A stretch of DNA of 64,000 nt from NCBI GenBank assembly GCA_937921235.1, contig CALFOQ010000028.1:21849-85848 (forward strand), in the 5' to 3' direction. The position numbers were made by a program, and so were the translations under genes. Each line of letters opens with the position of its first letter. Positions within the stretch are counted from its first letter, which is position 1. Source of the stretch: an uncultured Atopobium sp. (GTDB taxonomy: Bacteria > Actinomycetota > Coriobacteriia > Coriobacteriales > Atopobiaceae). The notes under the pieces were generated by a model. That model ran no database searches. It was given only the letters and a program-made list of their open reading frames with translations, and was not told the DNA's origin. Below, one piece after another: positions 16,873 to 25,794 of this stretch.

Positions 16873-16903
16873 CGTAAGGCTCATAGTCATAGTTTTGCCT
16901 TTT

Positions 16904-16940
16904 GGATACCTTGTGCCTGGTCAGGTGAGGTATCTTTTTT
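16904..16940 (+). terminator. attenuator terminator in the pyrR leader
   Basis: Stem GATACCT / AGGTATC with an inner CCT-GGTC-AGG helix, followed by TTTTTT. It ends 13 nt before the pyrR ATG and just upstream of its GGAGG. Confidence 0.6.
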
Positions 16941-16952
16941 ATTGGAGGCGCT

Positions 16953-17528
16953 ATGGCTCAAGAAGGTTCGCACTCTCTCATTGTGGATGAGCAGTCCCTT
17001 GACCGCATGCTTACACGAATTGCTCACGAAATTGTCGAGAATAACGATTCAATTGAAAACGTTGCTTTGGTGGGCATTATTCGCCGTGGAGAGGTTTTGG
17101 CTTCTCGTCTTGCGGAAAAGATTTTGAGTTTTACCGGATTTAAGCCAAAAGTTGGCTCACTTGATATTAGTTTTTATCGCGATGATTTTAGAAGAAATAC
17201 TGCACCGGTTCTCCACGCAACTAATATCGATTTTGATATTACGGGCACAAGCGTTGTGCTGGTAGACGATGTTCTTCAGACAGGAAGAACTATCAGAGCG
17301 GCACTTGATGCGCTTATCGACTATGGTCGTCCTGAGCGTGTTCAATTGGCCGTAGTAGTTGACCGTGGTCATCGCGAGCTTCCCATTAGACCCGACTATG
17401 TAGGAAAAAACGTACCTTCTTCAAAGAGCCAGGTAGTCAGCTTAAATGTTAAAGAAATTGATGGTCAGGACTGCGTATTGCTGTACGAAGCTGACTATTC
17501 TGACCCCTTTATTGAGGGAGGAAACTAA
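16953..17528 (+). CDS. pyrR: pyrimidine operon regulator / uracil phosphoribosyltransferase PyrR
   Basis: PRPP-binding motif VVLVDDVLQTGRTIRAA. 191 aa. First gene of the pyr operon. Confidence 0.93.
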   Translation: MAQEGSHSLIVDEQSLDRMLTRIAHEIVENNDSIENVALVGIIRRGEVLASRLAEKILSFTGFKPKVGSLDISFYRDDFRRNTAPVLHATNIDFDITGTSVVLVDDVLQTGRTIRAALDALIDYGRPERVQLAVVVDRGHRELPIRPDYVGKNVPSSKSQVVSLNVKEIDGQDCVLLYEADYSDPFIEGGN

Positions 17529-18463
17529 TGCTTTCGGTTAAACATTTGATTGATACAAACAGTTTGACTCGTGACGACATCCAGCAGATTCTTGATACTG
17601 CTCAGTCGTTTGAAGCGGTAAACAACAGAGACATTAAAAAGGTGCCAGCACTTCGCGGCCGCACTATTGTCAATCTGTTTTTGGAGCCTTCTACCAGGAC
17701 TCGCTCTTCATTTGAGCTTGCCGAGAAACGCCTCTCTGCAGACGCTTTGAACATGGGAGGATCTACCTCATCTGTGGTTAAGGGAGAGTCTCTGGCAGAT
17801 ACCATCCAGACTATCGATGCTATGAACGTTGATATGTTTATCTGCCGCGCACGACTTGCAGGTACGCCACAAAAGATTACCGAGCACACTGATGCGGTTG
17901 TCATTAACGCTGGCGACGGTAAGCATCAGCACCCAACGCAGGCAATGCTTGACCTCTATACCATTCGCAAGAACTTTGGACACTTAGACGGCCTTAAGGT
18001 TGCCATTGTTGGCGACCTTTCTCACAGTCGCGTTGTTGGTTCTTTGGTGCCAGCGCTTAAGACTATGGGCGCAGAGGTTGTTCTGGTTGGTCCTCCAACA
18101 TTCCACGTAGACGATCCAAGTTGGTTTGGTTGCTCTCAGACCTCACACTTTGATGAAGTCATTGGTGATGTGGACGTCGTGTACATGCTTCGCGTGCAGC
18201 TGGAGCGTATGGAAGGAGCTCCTATTCCTTCTCGCCGTGAGTACAACAGACTTTGGGGACTTGACGAGCGCCGCAGCAAGCTGATGAAGCCTGAGGCAAT
18301 CATCTGCCACCCAGGACCTATGAATCGCGGTATGGAGATTAACAGCGAAGTGGCCGATTGCGCTCGCTCTCGTATTCTTGACCAGGTCAATGCAGGCGTT
18401 TTGACGCGCATGGCCGCAATGTACCTGCTTTTGGGAGGAGACTCTGATGGCATTTCTGCTTAA
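17528..18463 (+). CDS. pyrB: aspartate carbamoyltransferase catalytic subunit
   Basis: Motifs STRTRSSFE, HPTQ and HPGPMNRG. TAATG overlap with pyrR. Confidence 0.95.
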   Translation: MLSVKHLIDTNSLTRDDIQQILDTAQSFEAVNNRDIKKVPALRGRTIVNLFLEPSTRTRSSFELAEKRLSADALNMGGSTSSVVKGESLADTIQTIDAMNVDMFICRARLAGTPQKITEHTDAVVINAGDGKHQHPTQAMLDLYTIRKNFGHLDGLKVAIVGDLSHSRVVGSLVPALKTMGAEVVLVGPPTFHVDDPSWFGCSQTSHFDEVIGDVDVVYMLRVQLERMEGAPIPSRREYNRLWGLDERRSKLMKPEAIICHPGPMNRGMEINSEVADCARSRILDQVNAGVLTRMAAMYLLLGGDSDGISA

Positions 18464-19754
18464 GGGCGCACGTGTTGTAGACCCACAGCTTAACCTTGAT
18501 GCTGTAATGGACGTTCGTATTGAGGGAGAAACTATTGCTGAAGTTGCAGCAACCGTTGCGCCTCAAGAGGGAGATACCGTTATTGACGCAAAAGGCAAGG
18601 TACTAGCTCCTGGTCTTGTTGATATGCACGTCCACTTTAGAGACCCTGGCTTTGAGTACAAAGAGACTATTGAGACGGGCTCTAGAGCTGCGGTTCACGG
18701 TGGCTTTACTGATGTTGCTACTATGCCAAACACCAATCCTGTTACCGATAATGGACCAGCTGTTCGTTTCCAGATTGACCGCGGCAATGAGGTTGGCCTT
18801 ATTCATGTTCGTCCGATGGGTGCCCTTACCAAGGGCTCTAAGGGACAAGAGCTTGCTGAGATTGGCAACATGGTTGACGAGGGAGCATCCGCATTCTCTG
18901 ATGACGGCCACGGCGTCCAAAGTGCTGGTATGATGCGCACCGTTATGGAGTACGTTTCCCAGTTTGACCGCGTTGTTGCAGCTCACTGCGAGATTGAGTC
19001 CATCAGTGCTGGCGGCGTTGTTAACGAGGGCCGCGCAAGCACGCGTCTAGGTATGTTTGGTTGGCCAGCACTTGGCGAGGAGCTGGAGATTTCCAGAGAC
19101 ATTGATCTTTGCCGCCTTACCGGCTGTCCACTGCACATCTGCCACATTTCAACGGGCAGGGGAGCAGAGCTGGTGCGCGCAGCTAAGAAGGAAGGTCTGC
19201 CGGTTACCGCAGAGGTTTGCCCTCACCATCTTTTCTTGTCTGAGGATGACATCACCGATACCTATAACACCAACCTTAAGATGAATCCACCACTCAGAAC
19301 CGCTGAGGATGCTCTTGCACTTCAGGCTGCTGTTGCGGATGGTACAGTTGATTGCATTGTTACCGACCATGCACCCCATGCAGCTCACGAGAAGGACTGT
19401 GAGTGGGAAATCTCTTACTTTGGCTGCATTGGCCTTGAGACTTCGCTGCCTCTGATGATCACCAATATGGTGCGCACCAACAAGCTTTCTTACACTGGTC
19501 TTGTTCGCGCAATGGCCGTTAATCCTCGTCGTATTCTGCGCCTTGAGCCTGTTAAGATTGCTGCTGGCTATAAGGCTGATCTGACCCTTTTTGACCCAGA
19601 AAAGAAGGTTCAGATTACGTCAGAGTATTTTGAGAGCAAGTCTAAGAACTCGGCCTTTATTGGCGCCGAGCTTTATGGCGTTGCAACTGATGTGTTTGTT
19701 GACGGCAAGCGTGTTCTTGCCAATGAGGTAGTTGTTCCTGGAGGGGAAAAGTAA
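18447..19754 (+). CDS. pyrC: dihydroorotase
   Basis: Metal-binding motif DMHVHFRDPG, …DHAPH…, 435 aa. Overlaps pyrB by 17 nt. Confidence 0.93.
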   Translation: MAFLLKGARVVDPQLNLDAVMDVRIEGETIAEVAATVAPQEGDTVIDAKGKVLAPGLVDMHVHFRDPGFEYKETIETGSRAAVHGGFTDVATMPNTNPVTDNGPAVRFQIDRGNEVGLIHVRPMGALTKGSKGQELAEIGNMVDEGASAFSDDGHGVQSAGMMRTVMEYVSQFDRVVAAHCEIESISAGGVVNEGRASTRLGMFGWPALGEELEISRDIDLCRLTGCPLHICHISTGRGAELVRAAKKEGLPVTAEVCPHHLFLSEDDITDTYNTNLKMNPPLRTAEDALALQAAVADGTVDCIVTDHAPHAAHEKDCEWEISYFGCIGLETSLPLMITNMVRTNKLSYTGLVRAMAVNPRRILRLEPVKIAAGYKADLTLFDPEKKVQITSEYFESKSKNSAFIGAELYGVATDVFVDGKRVLANEVVVPGGEK

Positions 19755-20548
19755 TGCCACTACGTGGAAATGTACAGGTATTTGACTTTACAGTTCTGAG
19801 CAATACCCAGGTTGCCCAGAATCTGTATAGAGCTCAGCTCAAGGTGCCAGGTCTTTGTAAGTCCTTGGAGCCTGGTCAGTTTGTAAACGTCAATGTTCCA
19901 GGCGATAAGCGTCATATTCTTCGAATCCCACTGTCCTTCTCGCTAGCTGATAAAGCAACCGATACGCTGGAGCTTATCTATGCAACGGTAGGCGAGGGCA
20001 CCCGTAGGCTTTCTCAGATGAAGCCTGGTGACGCCAGTGACATGACAGCTCCTTGTGGCCGCCCCTGGCGCCTTAACGCCTCTAGCAAGAGAAGCGTTCT
20101 GGTAGCAGGAGGTGTGGGTATTACACCAATTATCGCAGCGGCTCGTAAGCTTACCGAGCTAGGTGTTGAGTTTGACGCGGTCATTGGCGCACAAACTGCC
20201 GAGAAACTCTTTGGAGAAGAAGATCTTCTCGCCTTGGGCGCACAGAACGTGTACGTCACAACGGATGATGGTTCGAAGGGTACCAAGGGCTTTGTAACAG
20301 CAGCTTTGGAGGAGCCTTTGAGCCAGGGCGTTTGGGATGCCATCTATACCTGCGGTCCAGAGCCTATGATGAAAAGCGTGGCCAAGCTTGCAATTGCCAA
20401 CAACGTTGCCTGCCAGGTTTCTATGGAGCGTATGATGAGCTGCGCCTTTGGTGCATGTAATACCTGCAATGTCCCACTTGCTAAGGGCGGCTATGCGTCT
20501 GCTTGCATGGTTGGACCTGTCTTTGAGGCAAAGGAGATCGCATGGTAG
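19754..20548 (+). CDS. pyrK: dihydroorotate dehydrogenase B electron-transfer subunit
   Basis: Ferredoxin-reductase-like fold with C-terminal 2Fe-2S cysteines CAFGACNTCNV…ACMVGPVF. TAATG overlap with pyrC. Confidence 0.9.
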   Translation: MPLRGNVQVFDFTVLSNTQVAQNLYRAQLKVPGLCKSLEPGQFVNVNVPGDKRHILRIPLSFSLADKATDTLELIYATVGEGTRRLSQMKPGDASDMTAPCGRPWRLNASSKRSVLVAGGVGITPIIAAARKLTELGVEFDAVIGAQTAEKLFGEEDLLALGAQNVYVTTDDGSKGTKGFVTAALEEPLSQGVWDAIYTCGPEPMMKSVAKLAIANNVACQVSMERMMSCAFGACNTCNVPLAKGGYASACMVGPVFEAKEIAW

Positions 20549-21468
20549 ATCAGGTAAAAATGGCCGTCAATCTTGGCGGTATCCAGATGAAAAATCCTAT
20601 CAATACTGCTGCGGGTACCTTTGGCTACGGTTGGCAGTTTGATGGTTTCTACGACGTTTCTCTACTTGGCGCCATCACTATGAAGGGTGTTGCTCGCGTT
20701 CCTTGGGAAGGAAACCCTGCTCCTCGTATGTGCGAGCTCAACGGCGGCATGATGAACAGCGTTGGCCTTGCTAATCCTGGAGTGGACGATTTTATCGCCC
20801 ACACTGATGACTACATGAAAGATCTTGAAGGCCGTGGTACGCGCGTCATCATGCAGATGGCGGCACACTCCGTTCAGGAGATGATTGACGTTGTCGAGCG
20901 CCTTGAAGAGCTTAATCCACACATCTCAGCTATTGAGCTTAACGTGAGTTGTCCAAATCTCGAGAAGGGCGGTAAGCCCCTCGGTGGTACTCCAGAGCAG
21001 GCCACAGAGATTATGAAGGCAGTTCGTCCTCTGACAAAGCTGCCCATTCTGGTTAAGATGGCTCCCGTCAATGTTGCCGAGATTGGTAAAGCTTTTGAGG
21101 CCGCAGGCGCTGATGGTCTTACGCTCATCAACTCTATTCCAGGCATGTCAATTAATGTTCACACAAGAAAGAGCAGGCTTTCTAAGCCAACAGGAGGTCT
21201 CAGTGGTCCTCTCTGCCACAATGCTGCTGTCCGTATGGTCTGGGAGTGCGCGCAAGCGGTCTCTATTCCTATCTGCGGTGTTGGTGGCGTAGAAACAGGC
21301 GAGGACGCGGCGGAGTTTATCCTGGCAGGAGCTACGGCTGTTTCTGTTGGTTCAGCAAATCTTTACGACCCTATGTGCGCTCCACGTATCCTAAACGAGC
21401 TTACTGACTGGGCAAAGTCCCAGGGAGTATCTGACATCCACGAGCTGATTGGAGCTGTTGAATGCTAA
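20542..21468 (+). CDS. pyrD: dihydroorotate dehydrogenase B catalytic subunit
   Basis: Class 1B DHODH sequence (…NTAAGTFGYG…, …ELNVSCPN…, …GGLSGP…). Overlaps the pyrK stop. Confidence 0.93.
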   Translation: MVDQVKMAVNLGGIQMKNPINTAAGTFGYGWQFDGFYDVSLLGAITMKGVARVPWEGNPAPRMCELNGGMMNSVGLANPGVDDFIAHTDDYMKDLEGRGTRVIMQMAAHSVQEMIDVVERLEELNPHISAIELNVSCPNLEKGGKPLGGTPEQATEIMKAVRPLTKLPILVKMAPVNVAEIGKAFEAAGADGLTLINSIPGMSINVHTRKSRLSKPTGGLSGPLCHNAAVRMVWECAQAVSIPICGVGGVETGEDAAEFILAGATAVSVGSANLYDPMCAPRILNELTDWAKSQGVSDIHELIGAVEC

Positions 21469-22193
21469 CGGACGAGCAGGCACGCGATGCCGTTATTGTT
21501 GCGCTTGATTGCACAAGAGAAAGAGCTTTGGAACTCACCGATCTTCTCGCCGGCCACGCACGTTGGGTCAAAGTTGGCATGACGCTCTTTTATCGCTACG
21601 GACCCTCGATGGTAGACGAGATGCATGCTCGCGGCTTCAAGGTGTTCTTGGACCTCAAGGTGCATGACATTCCATTCCAGGTTAAGGGCGCTGTCCACTC
21701 TGCATCGCTTTCTGGCGCAGACATTCTTTCTATTCACGGCCTGGGAACCGCTCAGATGATTTCTGCTGGTCGTGAGGGTTCAGAAGAGGCTGCCGTAGAG
21801 CGTGGCGTTGATGAGTCTGGCCGCACCAAACTGGTGGCTATCTCTGTGCTTACCAGCATGGATGAGGATGCGCTTCACTCCATTGGCGTAGACGGATCTA
21901 TTAAGGATGAAGTTGCTCGTTTGGCGTCTCTTTCTTATTACGCTGGTGCCGATGGAATTGTCTGCTCGCCTCAGGAAGCACAGGAGATGAGAGAGCTTTT
22001 GGGACCAAATGCGCTCATTGTGACCCCAGGAGTACGTCCAGAGGGTGCCGAGAAGGGCGATCAGGTCAGAATCTCCACACCTTCTGCAGCAATTAAGGCC
22101 GGAGCAAGCAAATTGGTAGTTGGTAGGCCAATTACCTGCGCAAACGATCCAGTTGAAGCATTTGAAGCCATCATTTCTGAGCTTAAAAATTAG
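21462..22193 (+). CDS. pyrF: orotidine 5'-phosphate decarboxylase
   Basis: Motif FLDLKVHDIP and C-terminal …VVGRPI…. Overlaps the pyrD stop. Confidence 0.93.
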   Translation: MLTDEQARDAVIVALDCTRERALELTDLLAGHARWVKVGMTLFYRYGPSMVDEMHARGFKVFLDLKVHDIPFQVKGAVHSASLSGADILSIHGLGTAQMISAGREGSEEAAVERGVDESGRTKLVAISVLTSMDEDALHSIGVDGSIKDEVARLASLSYYAGADGIVCSPQEAQEMRELLGPNALIVTPGVRPEGAEKGDQVRISTPSAAIKAGASKLVVGRPITCANDPVEAFEAIISELKN

Positions 22194-22356
22194 CAAAAGT
22201 TTTTGGAATTATGGTGAACAGGTGGTTTTTGATGCGTAAATATTAAAAAACCCCTTGTAAATAACGTGTTATGTGGCAAACTATTTTGCTGAAGTGCAAA
22301 AGGCACATTAAATTGAGTTTCGTATATGACGTACGAAAACGATGTTTGGAGGAACA

Positions 22357-22665
22357 ATGGCTCTACCTACACTTACCGATGAGCAGCGCAAGGCAGCACT
22401 TGAGAAGGCAGCTCAGGCTCGTCACGCTCGTGCAGAGCTTCGCGAGAAGGTTAAGACTGGTAAGGTCTCCCTTAAAGAGGTCCTTGATTCTACCGATCCT
22501 ATTGCTGAGCGTATGAAGGTTTCCGCTCTTATCGAGTCCCTTCCTGGCTACGGCAAGGCAAAGGCAGCAAAGATTATGGACGAGCTCGGAATTTCCGCAA
22601 CTCGCCGCGTTAAGGGCCTTGGCGCTCGTCAGCGTGAGCAGCTCCTCGAGGCACTGACCAAGTAG
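22357..22665 (+). CDS. mihF: actinobacterial integration host factor mIHF
   Basis: MALPTLTDEQRKAALEKAAQAR…LIESLPGYGKAKAAKIMDELGI. Conserved pyrF-mihF-gmk-rpoZ order, as in Mycobacterium. ATG at 22357 has GGAGG 5 nt upstream; the track start at 22342 is less likely. Confidence 0.88.
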   Translation: MALPTLTDEQRKAALEKAAQARHARAELREKVKTGKVSLKEVLDSTDPIAERMKVSALIESLPGYGKAKAAKIMDELGISATRRVKGLGARQREQLLEALTK

Positions 22666-23243
22666 TGGCTCGTTCAGCCAAACTTTTTGTAGTATCTGGA
22701 CCGTCAGGTGTAGGAAAAGGAACGCTTGTCTCTCTGTTGAGGGACAAGCGCCCAAACCTAGGCCTGACGGTTTCGGCTACTACGCGCTCTCCACGACCAG
22801 GAGAAGTCGATGGAGTTGCGTATTATTTTCTCTCCGATGAAGAATTTAAAAAGCGCGTTGATGCTGGTGAATTCCTTGAGTGGGCTCATGTTCATGGCCA
22901 TTGCTATGGCACGCTCAAATCCGAGGTTGATCGCCTGATTTCTGCAGGTCAGTCTGTTGTTCTAGAGATTGACGTTCAGGGTGGACTTATGGTCCACAAA
23001 CAATATCCCAACGCCATTCTCGTCTTTATTAAGCCACCTTCATTTGAAGAGCTTGAACAGCGTCTTAGAGGTCGCGGTACAGAAGACGAGAAGACCATTT
23101 CTACGAGACTTTCTAATGCCTCGCGTGAAATGGAGCATGCAAACGACTATACTGTTTGCATTGTGAACGACAACCTTGAGACTGCTCTGAGCAAGCTTGA
23201 GGAAGTTTTTGATGACTATGAATCAGACGGAGGTCAGCTTTAA
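22665..23243 (+). CDS. gmk: guanylate kinase
   Basis: P-loop GPSGVGKGT and …TTRSPRPGEVDGVAYYF…. The GTG start overlaps the mihF stop. Confidence 0.93.
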   Translation: MARSAKLFVVSGPSGVGKGTLVSLLRDKRPNLGLTVSATTRSPRPGEVDGVAYYFLSDEEFKKRVDAGEFLEWAHVHGHCYGTLKSEVDRLISAGQSVVLEIDVQGGLMVHKQYPNAILVFIKPPSFEELEQRLRGRGTEDEKTISTRLSNASREMEHANDYTVCIVNDNLETALSKLEEVFDDYESDGGQL

Positions 23244-23527
23244 TGTCTGTTATTAAGCCTGAGATTGACAGCCTGCTTCAGAAGACTGAGCAGAATCCAT
23301 TCTTGCTTTGCTCACTTGCTTCTAAGCGTGCTTGCGATATTAACAATATGCTTCACGGTCAGCACCTGCGTGTAACCGCTGTTCAGGATTTTGATGACAT
23401 TACTACTGTTGCAAGTGGTAAAGATTCTGTCTCTATTGCTATGAAAGAGATTAACGACGGTACCCTTGGCTTTGTTAAAGATTCTTTTGACGAGGCAATT
23501 AAGGGCGAGAACACCATCGTTTACTAA
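23243..23527 (+). CDS. rpoZ: DNA-directed RNA polymerase subunit omega
   Basis: 94 aa, N-terminal …NPFLLCSLASKRACDIN…. Conserved position after gmk, with a TAATG overlap. Confidence 0.85.
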   Translation: MSVIKPEIDSLLQKTEQNPFLLCSLASKRACDINNMLHGQHLRVTAVQDFDDITTVASGKDSVSIAMKEINDGTLGFVKDSFDEAIKGENTIVY

Positions 23528-23532
23528 GAGTT

Positions 23533-24777
23533 ATGACTGAAAGAGTATGTCTGGTTCACTACCACGAAATTGGTTTAAAGGGTAAGAACCGATCCACTTT
23601 TGAAAATCAGTTGGTAACAAATTTGCGACGAGCCCTCCGACACTTTCCAGTGGCGGGGGTTTCTCGCATTTCTGGCTACCTTCTTGTAGAAACCACTGAT
23701 AAACAAGCAACTGAAGAGCTGCAACATGCTGTGGCCCAGGTTCCTGGCGTTGCACGTGCTTCTTTGGCGTATCGTTGTGGCTTAGATGAGCAGGAGTTTT
23801 GTAACGCCGCCGTGAAGGCGCTGGGGGAGTCCGGTGACTTTACTACGTTTAAAGTGCATGCTCGTCGTTCCTCAACGGTCTATCCAAAGCATTCCATTGA
23901 GATTAACCAGCTTGTAGGCGCAGTCCTTTGCGAGAATTTCCCTGATAAAAAAGTGCAGATGCATAATCCGGATATGACGGTCTATGTACACGTTGTTCAG
24001 GGTAACGCATACGTTTACGCTGCATCTATTCACGGTGTCGGCGGTCTTCCTGTTGGTACTGCGGGCAAGGTTGTGTCGCTTCTTTCTAGCGGTATAGATT
24101 CGCCTGTTGCCACATGGATGGTTGGCCGTAGGGGAGCTACGGTTATTCCCGTTCACTTCTCTGGACGCCCTATGACTTCCGATACCAGCGAATATCTGTG
24201 CCAGGATATCATTGAGGCTCTTGAGCCTGCTGGTCTTATTGGCAGAATGTATGTTGTGCCCTTTGGCGAGCACCAGCGTGAGATTTCCCTTGCTGTTCCA
24301 CAGGCTCTTCGTGTCATTATGTATCGTCGCGTGATGTACACCATTGCACAGAAGATTGCAGAGCTTGAGGGCGCTAAAGCCTTGGTAACAGGTGAGTCAC
24401 TTGGTCAAGTTGCATCTCAGACGCTTGATAACATTGCTGCTGTCAACGAGACAGTCACCATACCTGTTTTGAGGCCTCTGATTGGCTCTGACAAGCAAGA
24501 AATCATTCGTCGCGCCCAAGATATCAACACGTTTGATATCTCAACGCAGACGGCTCCTGATTGCTGTACATTGTTTATGCCTCGCCGTCCTGAGACTCAC
24601 GCAAGAATGCGAGAAGTTCTTGAAGCATGGAATTCCTTTGACCATGAAGCCATGATTGATGACCTTATGCAGCATATTGAGTATATTGACTTTAGTCAGT
24701 GTCCTTCATATAAGCCACCTAAAAAGCTTGCTGCTCGTCATAAAGAACTTGCTCCTGCAGAGTTTATTGCTGACTAG
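23533..24777 (+). CDS. thiI: tRNA 4-thiouridine(8) synthase ThiI (no rhodanese domain)
   Basis: N-terminal ferredoxin-like/THUMP region (YHEIGLKGKNR) and PP-loop LLSSGIDSPVA. 414 aa. Confidence 0.88.
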   Translation: MTERVCLVHYHEIGLKGKNRSTFENQLVTNLRRALRHFPVAGVSRISGYLLVETTDKQATEELQHAVAQVPGVARASLAYRCGLDEQEFCNAAVKALGESGDFTTFKVHARRSSTVYPKHSIEINQLVGAVLCENFPDKKVQMHNPDMTVYVHVVQGNAYVYAASIHGVGGLPVGTAGKVVSLLSSGIDSPVATWMVGRRGATVIPVHFSGRPMTSDTSEYLCQDIIEALEPAGLIGRMYVVPFGEHQREISLAVPQALRVIMYRRVMYTIAQKIAELEGAKALVTGESLGQVASQTLDNIAAVNETVTIPVLRPLIGSDKQEIIRRAQDINTFDISTQTAPDCCTLFMPRRPETHARMREVLEAWNSFDHEAMIDDLMQHIEYIDFSQCPSYKPPKKLAARHKELAPAEFIAD

Positions 24778-24829
24778 GATATCTTCACTGCTCAAAACTT
24801 TTGATCGCTTTGCTCAGATGCATTTTTAT

Positions 24830-24858
24830 AATCCGCCCCGTAAAAGGGCGGATTTTTT
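24830..24858 (+). terminator. rho-independent terminator after thiI
   Basis: AATCCGCCC / GGGCGGATT stem with loop CGTAAAA, then TTTTT. Confidence 0.85.
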
Positions 24859-25041
24859 ATGCGAGTGGCTTGATAATCTTATTTAGTGCAATTCTGTTCT
24901 TGTTAGTTTGTGCAACATATCTGGCAATTGTTGATAACTGTGTCAGATTACCGGCAGTTTTTGGACAAAGCTATTAGATGAATCTTTAAAAGTAGCGCTT
25001 CTCATTAACCTAATAGTTGAATATAAATCTGAGGTGATTGT

Positions 25042-25794
25042 ATGGCTCAGATTTCAAATAACCGCACTCAAATAATTAATAAATTGATGAGAAGGTTTAA
25101 TCTATCTCAGCAACAACTCATAGCGGTTGCCGCTGTGGTTGTCCTAGCAATTGTGTCAGCAGTTGTATTTATTGGAATAATTACTGCTGGAACATCAGAG
25201 TCTTTTGATAGATCACATAATCAAGCAGACTCTACGCAAGGAGTGGCTGTTGCAGAAAATCCGCAACATACGCAAGAAGATAATGCTACAGATCAGCCAG
25301 GAGCTGATCATAAGATTAAAGAAGCTTCTCCTCAAATGATGGTTCATGTTGATGGAGCTGTTAAGTCACCAGGACTTTACGCTCTACAAATGGCAAACCC
25401 ACGCGTGAATGATGCTATTCAAATAGCAGGAGGTTTAACTGAAGATGCAAACGGGCAAGGGATTAATCTAGCGGCTCCTGTTGAAGATGGTCAAAAAATA
25501 TATATTCCTAAAAAGGGAGAAGAGCCGCCACCAGAGATTCCACAGCCAGAGCAAAACAAAGCCACAAGCAATAAGCAAACAAATACGAAGAGAGATAAAA
25601 AGACAGTTGTAGATATTAATCGAGCAACTGTAGAAGAATTAACCAAGCTTCAAGGTGTGGGAGAAGGGCTAGCTCAGCGAATTGTTGCAGACAGACAAAA
25701 GAACGGACCTTTTAAAACAACTGAAGATTTGATGCGTGTTTCTGGAATTGGCCAGAAAAAGTTTGATCAGCTCAAGGACAATATTCGTGTCTAA
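25042..25794 (+). CDS. comEA: ComEA family DNA-binding competence protein
   Basis: N-terminal TM segment, SLBB-like VHVDGAVKSPGLY, and C-terminal tandem helix-hairpin-helix INRATVEELTKLQGVGEGLAQRIV…LMRVSGIGQKKFDQL. Confidence 0.9.
   Translation: MAQISNNRTQIINKLMRRFNLSQQQLIAVAAVVVLAIVSAVVFIGIITAGTSESFDRSHNQADSTQGVAVAENPQHTQEDNATDQPGADHKIKEASPQMMVHVDGAVKSPGLYALQMANPRVNDAIQIAGGLTEDANGQGINLAAPVEDGQKIYIPKKGEEPPPEIPQPEQNKATSNKQTNTKRDKKTVVDINRATVEELTKLQGVGEGLAQRIVADRQKNGPFKTTEDLMRVSGIGQKKFDQLKDNIRV

Noticed and set aside
22271-22516. 81-aa ORF upstream of and overlapping mihF
   Set aside because: It is out of frame with the conserved mIHF sequence and has no motif. The region is better explained as the mihF leader.
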